64,000 bases of DNA from an uncultured Bifidobacteriaceae bacterium. Its GTDB lineage: Bacteria > Acidobacteriota > Vicinamibacteria > Vicinamibacterales > UBA2999. Both the position numbers and the translations under genes were made by a program. The first letter of the stretch is position 1; each line of letters starts with the position of its first letter. Below are positions 17,060-26,060 of the stretch, piece by piece. The DNA lies in the NCBI GenBank assembly GCA_964619705.1, contig CAZUGF010000001.1, positions 225,327 through 289,326 on the forward strand, in the 5' to 3' direction. The notes beneath the pieces were generated by a model. That model was not told where the DNA came from and did no database searches. It saw only the letters and a program-made list of their open reading frames with translations.

Positions 17060-19744
17060 CTATGGAACGCCGAAGCCCGCGCGCTCGACGCCGACCTCGG
17101 AGTACGCGGGGGCCGCGTCCGGTGGGGTCCGTGCTTCGCTGCCGGCTGCCGGAGACTCGGCGCCGTTCTCGGACTTCCGCCGCGTCTTGTCGCGGTACAT
17201 CCGCGTATCGGCGGCGGCCATGAGCGACTCGTACGCGTCGCCGTCCCGCGGAAAGATCGCGGCGCCCACGCTGACGGTCAGCGGCTGGCGCCGGCCGGGA
17301 CCGGCGTCGAACGGATAGGCGGCGACGGCGGTCTGCAGTTCCAGGCGCTTGCGTTCGGCCTCCTCGGGGCCGCACCCGGACAGGACGACGATGAACTCGT
17401 CGCCCGCGTAGCGCACGCAGATGTCGTAGGGCCGGACGACCGACTTGATGACGGCGGCGACTTCCCGCAGGGCGCGATCCCCCACGTGATGGCCGTGGGT
17501 GTCGTTGATGGCCTTGAAGTTGTCGAGGTCCATGACCAGCAGCGCCACCTCGTTCTTCATGCGCTCCGCGCGTGCCAGCTCGCGCGAGAGGTGCGTGAAC
17601 ATGAAGCGCGTGTTGGGCAGCCCGGTCAGCTGGTCGGTGAGGGAGTCCTCCTGCGTCTGCTCGAAGATCATCGAGTTGTGGATGACGGCGGAGGCCTGCT
17701 CCGACACCCGGTCCAGCAGCCGGCGATGGTCGTCCGTGTAGAAGTCCGGCTCGACGTGATACACGGCCAGCGACCCGATGAAGCGATCGTTGAACACCAG
17801 CGGCGCGACGAGCGCGGACTGCAGGTCCGTGGACGGGGGCACGATGCCCGCGGCCTCGAAGTCGGCGCTCGGCCGGGCATTGACCAGCGGCCGGCGGTTT
17901 CGCGCGACCCATCCTGTCAACCCCTGGCCGGATCGGATCGACATGGACGCGATCGCGTCGGACTCCGCGCCCGTGGCGAAGCGGCAGCGGAGCATCTCGC
18001 TCGGCTCGTCGTGGAGGAAGAGGGCGCAGGACGTGAACGGGACGAGGTTGCTCAACTTGGATGCGATGAGCGCCATCGTGTCCGCGATGCCGAGGCTCGT
18101 TCCCATCGCCTGCGCGATCTCGTAGAGCGCGTAGATCTCGCGGTGGGCGTGCGCGATGTCGTCAAAGACCGTGTTCGTCCGGGCGGGCGGCGCGCCGTTG
18201 TCGTCCGCCTCGGGCTGAAAGCCCGCGGCGGGACCGCCGAGCGTGGAAGTCGCATCCAGCGACAGGCGCCGCGCCGGGCGCGTGTCGAGCGCGTCGGCCT
18301 GGACCAGCATCGCGGGGAGCTTCTGCGTGAAGACCTGGACCACCTTGGGATCCAGCGCGCGTCCGGCCTCCTTCTGCAGGAGCGCGAGGGCGTTCTCGCG
18401 GCTCATCGCCTTGTGATACGGCCGGTCCGACGTGAGGGCGTCGAAGTAATCCACGACGGCCAGGATGCGCGCGCCCAGCGGGATGTCCTCGCCCGCGAGT
18501 CCCTGCGGGTAGCCGCTGCCGTCCCAGCGCTCGTGATGGCTCAGGATGAGCGGTGCGACGGGGTACGGGAACGGCACGGCGCTGATGATCTCGGCGCCCA
18601 CCTGCGGATGGAGGCGGATCTTCTGGAACTCCTCCTGCGTGAGCGGGCCTGGCTTCGAGAGGATGTGTTCGGGTACGGCGAGCTTGCCGATGTCGTGCAG
18701 GAGGGCGGCCGTCCGGACCCCCTGGATGGCCATCTCCGGCATGCCGAAGCTGCGGGCCACCTCGGTTGCGTAGAGCTGCACGCGCCGGATGTGCGTCTGC
18801 GTCGTCTGATCCTTGGCGTCGATGGCCAGCGCGAGCGCCTCGATGGTCGCCAGGTGCAGGTCCGCCATCTCGTTGACGTGCCGCCGCTCGTCGTCGATCC
18901 GGCCGAGGTACACCTTGTAGGTGCGATAGGTGAGGTAGAGCGGCGCCGCGAAGAGCAGCCCCACCCACACGCCCGAGGAGAGGACGGCCCAGGCGGCGGC
19001 CGCCGCCGCGCCCGCCCCGACGAAGTAGCTCGGCGCGCTCCAGAGGAAGTTCTGCTGCCACACCGTTGCCAGGTTCTCGCGCGTGAAGAGGGCGATGGCG
19101 ATGGCGATGGTGAAGGTGTTGAACAGGAAGTAGACGGTGGCCGCGGCGACCAGCGGCCGCGCGACGCCCGTCAGCGTCGGTGCCAGCACGCCCGGCACGC
19201 CGCCCGCCAGTTCGTAGGCAAAGCCCGCGGTCTGGACCGTCAGCGCCAGGCACGCCATGCTGAAGAGCGTCCGGTAGACGGGATTGGGCGTCTTCATCCG
19301 GAACGTGCACTGGCTCCAGGCACTGGTGACCGCCACCAGGAGCGTCGGGGTCGGGCCGAGCAGCAGCAGCGCCGCGAAGTCCACGGCGTAGGAGACCGAC
19401 ATCGTGGAGCCGCTGCGATCCAGCGGCAGCCGCACCTTGAATGCCGAGGTGACGGACGAGAGGAGCAGCAGCGCGAGGAAGAGGTACGGGTGCGGGAAGG
19501 AGAACTGCGGAATCTTCCAGACGAGCAGCGCCAGGCCGGCCGCAATCACGGCGCCGATGTAGAGACGAGCAGCCAGGGGGAGCGAGCGCATCTCTAGGTC
19601 CGGGCCGGCCGGTGGCACACGCCGCTCCGGTTCCACGATGGCGCCGCCCGCCGCGGGGTGCACCTCTTCCGTGACGTTCTGACCATGCCGTGCCTGCGAA
19701 CGAGCATAACTGGCGTTAGAGTCATGTTCCCACACGTTCTTCAC
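17060..19744 (-). CDS. Multi-pass membrane HD-GYP / GAF / GGDEF (AGDEF) c-di-GMP turnover protein
   Basis: 894 aa from the GTG at 19744 (alternative ATG at 19591). Residues ~50-270 are hydrophobic. It has an HD-GYP domain (HDIGKLAVPEH ... HHERWDGSGYPQGL), a GAF-like region and a GGDEF domain with an I-site (RPYDICVRYAGDEFIVVL). Confidence 0.85.
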   Translation of the reverse strand: MKNVWEHDSNASYARSQARHGQNVTEEVHPAAGGAIVEPERRVPPAGPDLEMRSLPLAARLYIGAVIAAGLALLVWKIPQFSFPHPYLFLALLLLSSVTSAFKVRLPLDRSGSTMSVSYAVDFAALLLLGPTPTLLVAVTSAWSQCTFRMKTPNPVYRTLFSMACLALTVQTAGFAYELAGGVPGVLAPTLTGVARPLVAAATVYFLFNTFTIAIAIALFTRENLATVWQQNFLWSAPSYFVGAGAAAAAAWAVLSSGVWVGLLFAAPLYLTYRTYKVYLGRIDDERRHVNEMADLHLATIEALALAIDAKDQTTQTHIRRVQLYATEVARSFGMPEMAIQGVRTAALLHDIGKLAVPEHILSKPGPLTQEEFQKIRLHPQVGAEIISAVPFPYPVAPLILSHHERWDGSGYPQGLAGEDIPLGARILAVVDYFDALTSDRPYHKAMSRENALALLQKEAGRALDPKVVQVFTQKLPAMLVQADALDTRPARRLSLDATSTLGGPAAGFQPEADDNGAPPARTNTVFDDIAHAHREIYALYEIAQAMGTSLGIADTMALIASKLSNLVPFTSCALFLHDEPSEMLRCRFATGAESDAIASMSIRSGQGLTGWVARNRRPLVNARPSADFEAAGIVPPSTDLQSALVAPLVFNDRFIGSLAVYHVEPDFYTDDHRRLLDRVSEQASAVIHNSMIFEQTQEDSLTDQLTGLPNTRFMFTHLSRELARAERMKNEVALLVMDLDNFKAINDTHGHHVGDRALREVAAVIKSVVRPYDICVRYAGDEFIVVLSGCGPEEAERKRLELQTAVAAYPFDAGPGRRQPLTVSVGAAIFPRDGDAYESLMAAADTRMYRDKTRRKSENGAESPAAGSEARTPPDAAPAYSEVGVERAGFGVP

Positions 19745-19852
19745 GCGTGCAGTCAGACTGCCGATCCTTCGGGTTTTGTCAGGGAATTACAGAGGACTAC
19801 AAGATGCCGGCTCGCCGGACACACCTGACAGTATACGACACAAACGCCGTGC

Positions 19853-21208
19853 TCAGGACTCGGCCACTTCACGGCGTCCGCGGCGTTTCGGAATGCCGGG
19901 CCCCGGCTCCAGCCCGTACTCGTCGATCTTGCGATAGAGCGTGCCGCGGCTGATGTCGAGGATGCGCGCCGCCTCGAGCTTGTTCCACCGCGCGGCGTCG
20001 AGGACGCGCACGATGTGGGCGCGTTCCGCGTCGCGGAGCGAGGGGAGCCGCGTGCTCGAGGGCTCGTCCGGCCGTGGCGCCGTGGGACCGTGCAGGAACT
20101 CGATGTCGGCGGCGCGGATGACGCGGCCGGGTGCGGAGAGGGCCGCGCGCGAGACCGTGCTCTCCAGTTCCCGGATGTTGCCGGGCCAGTGGTAGGCGAC
20201 GAGCTGCTCGTGCGCTTCCGGTGAGAACTGCTTGGCGTCGAGCGGCAGGCCGTTCGACGCGCAGTAGCGGGCGAGGAAGCGGCCGGCGAGTACCGGAATG
20301 TCCGTCGTTCTCTCCCGCAACGATGGCAGCCGGATCGCGAACGCGTTGATCCGGTAGTACAGATCCTCGCGGAAGCGGCTCTCCCGCACGAACATGTCGA
20401 GCGGGCGGTTCGTGGCGGAGATCAGGCGGAAGTCCACCGAGATCGATCGATTGCCCCCGAGCCGCTCGAACCGGCGCTCCTCGAGCACCCGCAGCAGCTT
20501 CGCCTGGGCGACGAGCGAAAGGTCGCCGATCTCGTCCAGGAACAGGGTGCCGCCGTTCGCCATCTCCAGGCGTCCGGGCTTGCGGTCGTGCGCGCCGGTG
20601 AACGCGCCCTTCTCGTACCCGAAGATTTCCGACTCGAAGAGCGTGTCCGGGAGCGCCGCGCAGTTGACGGCCTGGAACCGTTCCTTGCCGCGCCGCGAGA
20701 GCTCGTGGATCATCCGGGCGACGACTTCCTTTCCGGATCCGGTCGGCCCGAGGATGAGCACGGAGATGTCCGACTTGGCTGCAGTGCGGATCCACTCGAA
20801 GATGGCCAGCATCTTCTCGTCGCGGCCGATCATCTCGCGGAAGCGCTGGACGGAGGGTGAGGCCTCCTCCACGCCGATGTGCGCGCGCCGTTCGAGGAAG
20901 GTGTCGAGCAGGTCGCCCGTCGCGCCCTCGGGCCGCGCGGCCTCGTAGGTCGGTGGTTCCCCGGTATTCCGACGCGCCACGCCGACCTCGACCAGCTCGC
21001 GCACGCAGTTGTCCACGTCCAGCCGCATCCGGCCGAACGTCTGCATCAGCGCCTCGATGTCGAAGGCCTCACCGGGCCGCGCGCTCAGGAAGCGGAGGAT
21101 CCCGGCGCGCAGCGGCGACTGGACGAGGGCCTTGAACCGCGCCTCGGGGTCCACCTCGGTCCGGCCGCCGGCGCCGGCGCGCCGCGCCGCAAACGTCAGG
21201 TCATCCAC
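19853..21208 (-). CDS. Sigma-54-dependent transcriptional activator (bEBP) with a non-receiver N-terminal domain
   Basis: It has Walker A (GPTGSGKEV), a GAFTGA loop (YEKGAFTGA), Walker B (LFLDEIG) and a C-terminal Fis-type HTH (NKLEAARILDISRGTLYRKI). The ~130-aa N-terminus has no receiver motifs. Confidence 0.9.
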   Translation of the reverse strand: MDDLTFAARRAGAGGRTEVDPEARFKALVQSPLRAGILRFLSARPGEAFDIEALMQTFGRMRLDVDNCVRELVEVGVARRNTGEPPTYEAARPEGATGDLLDTFLERRAHIGVEEASPSVQRFREMIGRDEKMLAIFEWIRTAAKSDISVLILGPTGSGKEVVARMIHELSRRGKERFQAVNCAALPDTLFESEIFGYEKGAFTGAHDRKPGRLEMANGGTLFLDEIGDLSLVAQAKLLRVLEERRFERLGGNRSISVDFRLISATNRPLDMFVRESRFREDLYYRINAFAIRLPSLRERTTDIPVLAGRFLARYCASNGLPLDAKQFSPEAHEQLVAYHWPGNIRELESTVSRAALSAPGRVIRAADIEFLHGPTAPRPDEPSSTRLPSLRDAERAHIVRVLDAARWNKLEAARILDISRGTLYRKIDEYGLEPGPGIPKRRGRREVAES

Positions 21209-21284
21209 GCGCTGCCCCGGTGCTCTGCGTCACAGAGCAGATGCTACCCTAAGGCGATGCCGTCACGCAGGGAGAGTGCGATCG

Positions 21285-21701
21285 ATGGGCACTCTCTGGT
21301 CTGAGCTCGGGCCCGTCGCTGACGGGGGTGCGGATGGCCCCCGCGTGTACGCCGATGCGAACGTGCCGGCCGGCCTCGTGGCCTTCATGCGCCGGCGCCT
21401 CGGCTGGGATGTCCTCTTCGTGATGGAGCAGCCGGACCTGCGCCGCGCCCGGGACGTCGAGCACTTCCGCCTGGCCCGCCAGTTGCGCCGGACGCTGGTC
21501 ACGCTGGACCGGGACTACCTCGACGACCGGCTGTTCCCCGCGGCTGCCGGGGCCGGCGTGATCGTCCTGGCCGCGCCCACGCCCGCCGGGTTCGAAGCCC
21601 TGCTGACGCGGCTCGACATCGGGCTCTTCCAGGCGGCCGGCGGCCGGCTCCCGCTCGACGGCCGCAAGCTCCACGCGCACGTCGACTGGCCATCATCATG
21701 A
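21285..21701 (+). CDS. DUF5615-like (PIN-like) protein
   Basis: The ATG at 21285 lies within the longer ORF 21009-21701. The pattern ADANVPAGLVAFMRRRLGWDVLFV...DVEHFRLARQLRRTLVTLDRDYLD...GVIVL matches my memory of DUF5615. Confidence 0.6.
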   Translation: MGTLWSELGPVADGGADGPRVYADANVPAGLVAFMRRRLGWDVLFVMEQPDLRRARDVEHFRLARQLRRTLVTLDRDYLDDRLFPAAAGAGVIVLAAPTPAGFEALLTRLDIGLFQAAGGRLPLDGRKLHAHVDWPSS

Positions 21702-21741
21702 TCGCTGCCCATCTGTCCGTCCGCGTGACCGGAGCGCGCCC

Positions 21742-22941
21742 GTGATCGTCCTCGCCGGCGCCGACGTGGTCCTGCCCGATGGCGTGCTCCATGGGGGATC
21801 GGTGCTCGTGGAAGACGGGCGCATCGTGGACATCACGGAGCAGGCCGTCGACGGGCCCGCCGCGGCCACGCGCCTGGCACTCCCGGGCCACACGATCGTC
21901 CCCGGCTTCATCGACGTGCACGTGCACGGCGTGAACGGCGTGGATGTGCTCGACGGCCCCGATGCGCTCGCCGACGTCGCGCGCGTCCTGCCGCGCTACG
22001 GCGTCACGGCGTTCTGTCCCACGTCGGTGGCCTGTACGCCGATGGCGCTCCGCGTCCTGCTCGACGCCGTCCGCCGGGCCGCCCGCCACCGCGCGCCGGG
22101 ATCGGCGCGCGTGCTGCCCGCGCACCTCGAGAGCAACTTCATCAACCCTGCGTGGACGGGCGCGCAGCCCGTGGAGTGCCTGCGCGAGTACGACGGACGA
22201 ACCGGCGACACGGGCCCGGATGGGGCCGGCGGGTTCACCGGCGACGACATCCTCCGCACCATCGGGGCCAGCCGCCCCGAAGTCGGCATCGTGACGCTGG
22301 CGCCGGAGATGAGCGGCGGCCTCGATCTCGTCCGCGCCCTGCGCGACGCGGGCCACGTGGTCTCCATCGGCCACAGCGGGGCCAGCTACGGTGACACCCG
22401 CGCGGCCATCGCCGCCGGTGTTACCCACGCGACGCACCTGTTCAACCGGATGTCGCCCTTCGCGCATCGTGAGCCGGGTGTCGTAGGCGCGGTGCTCGAG
22501 TCCGCGGACGTCGCCGCCGAGCTCATCTGCGACGGGTACCACGTGCACCCGGCCGTCGTTGCGCTCGCGTGCGCCGTCAAAGGGGTGGACCGCGTGATGG
22601 CCATCACCGATGGCACGGCCGGATCGGGACTCTCCGTCGGATCGCGAACGCGGCTCGGCGGCCGCCCGATTGTCGTCGGCGCGCACGCCGCGCACCTCGA
22701 CGATGGGACGCTGGCGGGAAGCGTGCTGACCATGGATGGCGCCTTCCGGATGCTCGTGCGCAGCGCATCCGTCTCCGTCGTGCACGCCGCGCGCCTGTGC
22801 GCCACGACGCCGGCGGCGCAGTTGGGCCTGACGGGGCTCGGCCGCGTCGAGGTGGGAGCCAGCGCGGACCTCACGGTGCTCGACGAGGCCTTCGAGGTCG
22901 TGCAGACGTTCATTGACGGCGTGCCGGTGCTGGAACCATGA
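21742..22941 (+). CDS. nagA: N-acetylglucosamine-6-phosphate deacetylase
   Basis: GTG start. Amidohydrolase metal motif PGFIDVHVHG, plus SIGHSGASY and THLFNRM segments typical of NagA. Confidence 0.85.
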   Translation: MIVLAGADVVLPDGVLHGGSVLVEDGRIVDITEQAVDGPAAATRLALPGHTIVPGFIDVHVHGVNGVDVLDGPDALADVARVLPRYGVTAFCPTSVACTPMALRVLLDAVRRAARHRAPGSARVLPAHLESNFINPAWTGAQPVECLREYDGRTGDTGPDGAGGFTGDDILRTIGASRPEVGIVTLAPEMSGGLDLVRALRDAGHVVSIGHSGASYGDTRAAIAAGVTHATHLFNRMSPFAHREPGVVGAVLESADVAAELICDGYHVHPAVVALACAVKGVDRVMAITDGTAGSGLSVGSRTRLGGRPIVVGAHAAHLDDGTLAGSVLTMDGAFRMLVRSASVSVVHAARLCATTPAAQLGLTGLGRVEVGASADLTVLDEAFEVVQTFIDGVPVLEP

Positions 22942-22978
22942 CGCCGGACCGTCCGTCTACTCTCGCCAGGGGCACATC

Positions 22979-23905
22979 ATGACCCGGACCATCAGCGGAA
23001 CCCTCTTGCGCGTCTCGACGGCCGCGGCCGTCGCGGCGACGCTCGGCGCGTGCGAAGTCAACCTCGGCACGGAGGGTCTGACCGCCCGCGAGAAGCGCAC
23101 GTTCCAGGTCAGCGGCCAGCCCGACGTCACACTCGAGACGTTTGACGGCTCCATCGAGATTCACTCCTGGGATCGGGACGAAGTCGAGGTGGAGGTCGAG
23201 AAGCGCGGCATGGAGCAGTCCGTGCTCGATCAGATCACCATCGAGGCCGAGCAACAGGGCGACACGATCGTCCTGCGGGTGCTGGGGCCGACGAGAGCCG
23301 AATCGCGGGGCATGACGATCGGCATTCACATCGCCACGGCCGCGCGCCTCTACGTCGCCGTCCCGCGCCGCCTCCTGCTGCAGGCGCGCACGGGCGACGG
23401 ATCCATCCGCGCAGAGGATCTCGCCGGCCGCGTGGTCCTGGACACCGGCGACGGCAGCATCACCGTCGATCGCGTCTCCGGCGACATCGAGGCGCGAACC
23501 GGCGACGGGTCCATCCGCCTCGGCAACGTCGACGGCCGCCTGAACCTCGAGACCAACGACGGGCGCATCGAGGTGGATGGCAAGGTGGACCTGCTCCGCG
23601 CCCACACAGGGGACGGGTCCGTCCGCGTCCGCGTGGCATCGGGCGCCGCGATGGCCGGGGACTGGGACATCGAGACGGGTGATGGCAGCGTCACGCTGGT
23701 GCTGCCCTCCGCCTTCGATGCCGACCTGGACGCCGAGACCCGTGACGGGAGCGTCCAGCCCGCGCATCCGCTCATCGCCGAGTCCGCCTCGGACCGCGAT
23801 GGCGATCGCCCCGAGCGACGCCGCGCCCTGCGGGCCCGTATGGGCGCGGGCGGACACGTGCTGCGGATCCGCAGCGGTGACGGGTCGATCCGGATCGAAC
23901 CTTGA
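22979..23905 (+). CDS. Lipoprotein with DUF4097-like (putative adhesin) beta-repeats
   Basis: The ATG at 22979 gives a lipobox (AAAVAATLGAC). The body is a run of short repeats: TGDGSIRAED, TGDGSITVDR, TGDGSIRLGN, TNDGRIEVDG, TGDGSVRVRV, TGDGSVTLVL, SGDGSIRIEP. Confidence 0.7.
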   Translation: MTRTISGTLLRVSTAAAVAATLGACEVNLGTEGLTAREKRTFQVSGQPDVTLETFDGSIEIHSWDRDEVEVEVEKRGMEQSVLDQITIEAEQQGDTIVLRVLGPTRAESRGMTIGIHIATAARLYVAVPRRLLLQARTGDGSIRAEDLAGRVVLDTGDGSITVDRVSGDIEARTGDGSIRLGNVDGRLNLETNDGRIEVDGKVDLLRAHTGDGSVRVRVASGAAMAGDWDIETGDGSVTLVLPSAFDADLDAETRDGSVQPAHPLIAESASDRDGDRPERRRALRARMGAGGHVLRIRSGDGSIRIEP

Positions 23906-23926
23906 GCGCGCGCGCGGCCCGTTGAA

Positions 23927-24625
23927 TCAGCGCGGCGACGGATGCCGGTACGCCGTCGGGTCCGGCACGCTGGCGGCCGCGAACGCATCGCGCCGTTCGC
24001 GGCACTTGCTGCACCGCCCGCAGTGCACCGGCACCCCCGCGGCCCCGTCGTCGCCGTCCGTGCCCGTCATGCACGACATCGTCAACTCCAGGGGGACGCC
24101 GAGCCCGGCACCTCGCCTGATCACGTCCTCCTTGCGCCAGTCGGCGAAGGGCGTGGCGATCGTGACGCCGCGGTCGAGGCCGAGGGAGATCGCCTGCTGC
24201 ATGGCGGTAAAGAAGGCCGGCCGTGCGTCGGGGAACGGGTTGCCGGCCAGCGGCCCGAGCGCGATGCGGTCCGCACCGTGCGATGCGGCTACGATGCCCG
24301 CCTTGGCCAGCAGGACGAGGTTGCGCCCCGCGAGGTAGACGTCCTCGTCGGGCGTGTCGTACGCCGGCGGCACGCCGCGCACGGCCCAGTGGCCCGGGGG
24401 GTACACGTCGCGCATCGTGAACGCGACGCGTGCGAGCGGCAACACGCGGCTGGCGAAGACCGCGTGCTGCAGCAGCCGATCGAGCATGGCCAGCTCCCGG
24501 GCCTCCCACGCCAGCCCCACGCTCACGTGTACGGGAAGGACGCGCCCGTCCACGGCTTCGTGCGCGGCGAGCACGGCGCTGTCGAGGCCGCCGGACAGGA
24601 GCACAAGCGTCAATCGATCGCTCAT
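23927..24625 (-). CDS. queC: 7-cyano-7-deazaguanine synthase
   Basis: Homology begins at the ATG at 24625 with a PP-loop (LTLVLLSGGLDSAV). It has a C-terminal Zn Cys cluster (SCM...HCGRCSKCRER). Confidence 0.9.
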   Translation of the reverse strand: MSDRLTLVLLSGGLDSAVLAAHEAVDGRVLPVHVSVGLAWEARELAMLDRLLQHAVFASRVLPLARVAFTMRDVYPPGHWAVRGVPPAYDTPDEDVYLAGRNLVLLAKAGIVAASHGADRIALGPLAGNPFPDARPAFFTAMQQAISLGLDRGVTIATPFADWRKEDVIRRGAGLGVPLELTMSCMTGTDGDDGAAGVPVHCGRCSKCRERRDAFAAASVPDPTAYRHPSPR

Positions 24626-24652
24626 ACGGGCTATTCTCTCCCGAGGCCCCGC

Positions 24653-25327
24653 ATGCTGATTGTCTTCGACCTGGATGGCACCCTCATCGACTCCGTCCGC
24701 GATCTGGCGGAGTCCGCCTCGGAACTCGTGCAGGGCTACGGTGCGCCGCCGCTCTCCACCGACGCGGTCGCCGCGATGGTCGGCGACGGCGCACGCGTGC
24801 TCGTGCGCCGCGCGCTGGAGCAGTCCGGGCTGGACCCCGACGAGGCCGGCGCCCTGCCTCGCTTCCTCGAGATCTACGACCGGCGCCTGCTCGATCACAC
24901 GCGTGCGTATCCCGGCACCATCGAGGTGCTGGCCTCGCTCGTGGCCGCCGGCCCGATGGCGGTGCTCACGAACAAGCCGGTGGCGCCGTCCGAGGCCATC
25001 CTGGGTGCGCTGGGCCTGCGCGGGTTCTTCCACCAGGTGATCGGAGGCGATGGACCCTTTGCGCGCAAGCCGGATCCGGCCGGCCTCGGGTCCTTGATGG
25101 CGCGATGGCCCGGGCCGGCGCTGATGGTGGGGGATTCACCGGCGGACTACGAGACCGCACGTGCGGCCGGGTGTACCCCGGTCCTGGCGCGCTACGGGTT
25201 CGGGATCGCGAGGTTCGGCGGGACGCTGCCGGCAGACGCTGCCGTCATCGATCACGTCCGCGCGCTGCCGGCGATCGTGGAGACCATCACCTTGGACGCC
25301 GCCCGCATCCCGATCGTGATGCGCTGA
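24653..25327 (+). CDS. HAD-superfamily phosphatase (phosphoglycolate-phosphatase-like)
   Basis: The ATG at 24653 lies within a longer ORF. HAD motifs are present: IVFDLDGTLIDS, VLTNKP and MVGDSPADYE. Confidence 0.8.
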   Translation: MLIVFDLDGTLIDSVRDLAESASELVQGYGAPPLSTDAVAAMVGDGARVLVRRALEQSGLDPDEAGALPRFLEIYDRRLLDHTRAYPGTIEVLASLVAAGPMAVLTNKPVAPSEAILGALGLRGFFHQVIGGDGPFARKPDPAGLGSLMARWPGPALMVGDSPADYETARAAGCTPVLARYGFGIARFGGTLPADAAVIDHVRALPAIVETITLDAARIPIVMR

Positions 25328-25941
25328 CCCTCGCGCCCCTTCAGCTCCACGCTGTCCGACACGTCATCGCGCGCGCTGACTTCGATCGTCTCGCCCGGCT
25401 TCAGGTGGTGTCGCGCGATGAAGCGGAGGAACGCGGCATCCTGATCCGTCACCCGGCTCACGACGACCGGTTCGCGCAGGGGACAGTTGAGCAGCGAGAC
25501 GACATCCTTCTGCGGCACGCGCCCGTCGGCCGTCGGGATGGGATCGCCGTGAGGGTCCGCGTCGGGATAGCCCAGCATCTCGTCGATGCGCTCGATCAGC
25601 TTGTCCGACACGACGTGCTCGAGGTGCTCGGCATCGTCGTGGACCTCGTCCCACCGGAAGCCCATCACCTGAACGAGGAAGAGCTCGATGAGGCGATGGC
25701 GGCGAAGGACGAGCGCGGCGAGCTTCTCGCCCGCCGGGCTGAGGCGGACACCGATGTACGGCTCGTAGGCGACGAGCCCGGACTCGGCCAGGGCCTTGAC
25801 CATCGTCGTGGCCGTTCCGGGCGCGACGCTGAGCGCGGCCGCCAGCTGACCCATGGGGAGCATGCGCTGCCCCTCGGGCAACTGCGTCTCGCCCATGTAG
25901 ATGGCCTTGAGGTAATTCTCGACGGTGCTCGACGGAAGCAT
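25252..25941 (-). CDS. DtxR/IdeR/MntR-family metal-dependent repressor with C-terminal SH3/FeoA-like domain
   Basis: 229 aa with the N-terminus VENYLKAIY. It has a wHTH (MGQLAAALSVAPGTATTMVKAL), a metal/dimerisation region (RRHRLIELFL...VHDDAEHLEHVVS...DPHGDPIP) and an SH3-like tail. Confidence 0.85.
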   Translation of the reverse strand: MLPSSTVENYLKAIYMGETQLPEGQRMLPMGQLAAALSVAPGTATTMVKALAESGLVAYEPYIGVRLSPAGEKLAALVLRRHRLIELFLVQVMGFRWDEVHDDAEHLEHVVSDKLIERIDEMLGYPDADPHGDPIPTADGRVPQKDVVSLLNCPLREPVVVSRVTDQDAAFLRFIARHHLKPGETIEVSARDDVSDSVELKGREGQRITIGMRAASKVMVSTIAGSART

Positions 25942-25983
25942 CGTGTTATCAGAAGTTTACCAGAATCCACGCTCGCGGCCCGG

Positions 25984-26026
25984 TTGACTTTTTGCCAGAT
26001 AGTGTTGTTTAATTTTGTGTAGTCAA
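25984..26026. promoter_or_regulatory. Divergent promoter/operator candidate between the dtxR-like gene and the feo operon
   Basis: TTGACT (25984-25989) and AGTCAA (26021-26026) form an inverted pair. TTGACT-18 nt-TTTAAT (26008-26013) reads as a sigma70-type promoter for the + strand. This is the only AT-rich stretch locally. Confidence 0.4.
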
Positions 26027-26060
26027 AATCAACTCGGGCCACCGGCTCGGGTCAGCGTCC

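Noticed and set aside
17054-19597. 847-aa plus-strand ORF
   Set aside because: It is antisense to the HD-GYP/GAF/GGDEF gene, whose frame contains HHERWDGSGYP and RYAGDEF. The plus-frame product is low-complexity Arg/Asp/Gly/Glu.
19840-19854. Possible sigma54 -24/-12 promoter (minus strand GAGCACGGCGTTTGT) between the EBP and the HD-GYP/GGDEF gene
   Set aside because: Both invariant dinucleotides are broken: AG instead of GG at -24, and GT instead of GC at -12. The element also overlaps the EBP stop codon. This is not enough to call.
24430-26022. 530-aa plus-strand ORF across the HAD and dtxR genes
   Set aside because: It is out of frame with the HAD phosphatase and antisense to the DtxR-family gene. 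Its product is Arg/Gly/Ala-rich with no domains.
25942-26060. Search for a canonical IdeR/DtxR iron box (TTAGGTTAGSCTAACCTAA-like) in the dtxR/feo spacer
   Set aside because: No 19-bp palindrome resembling the consensus is present. Only the TTGACT/AGTCAA hexamer symmetry is seen, and it is equally explained by two divergent -35 boxes.
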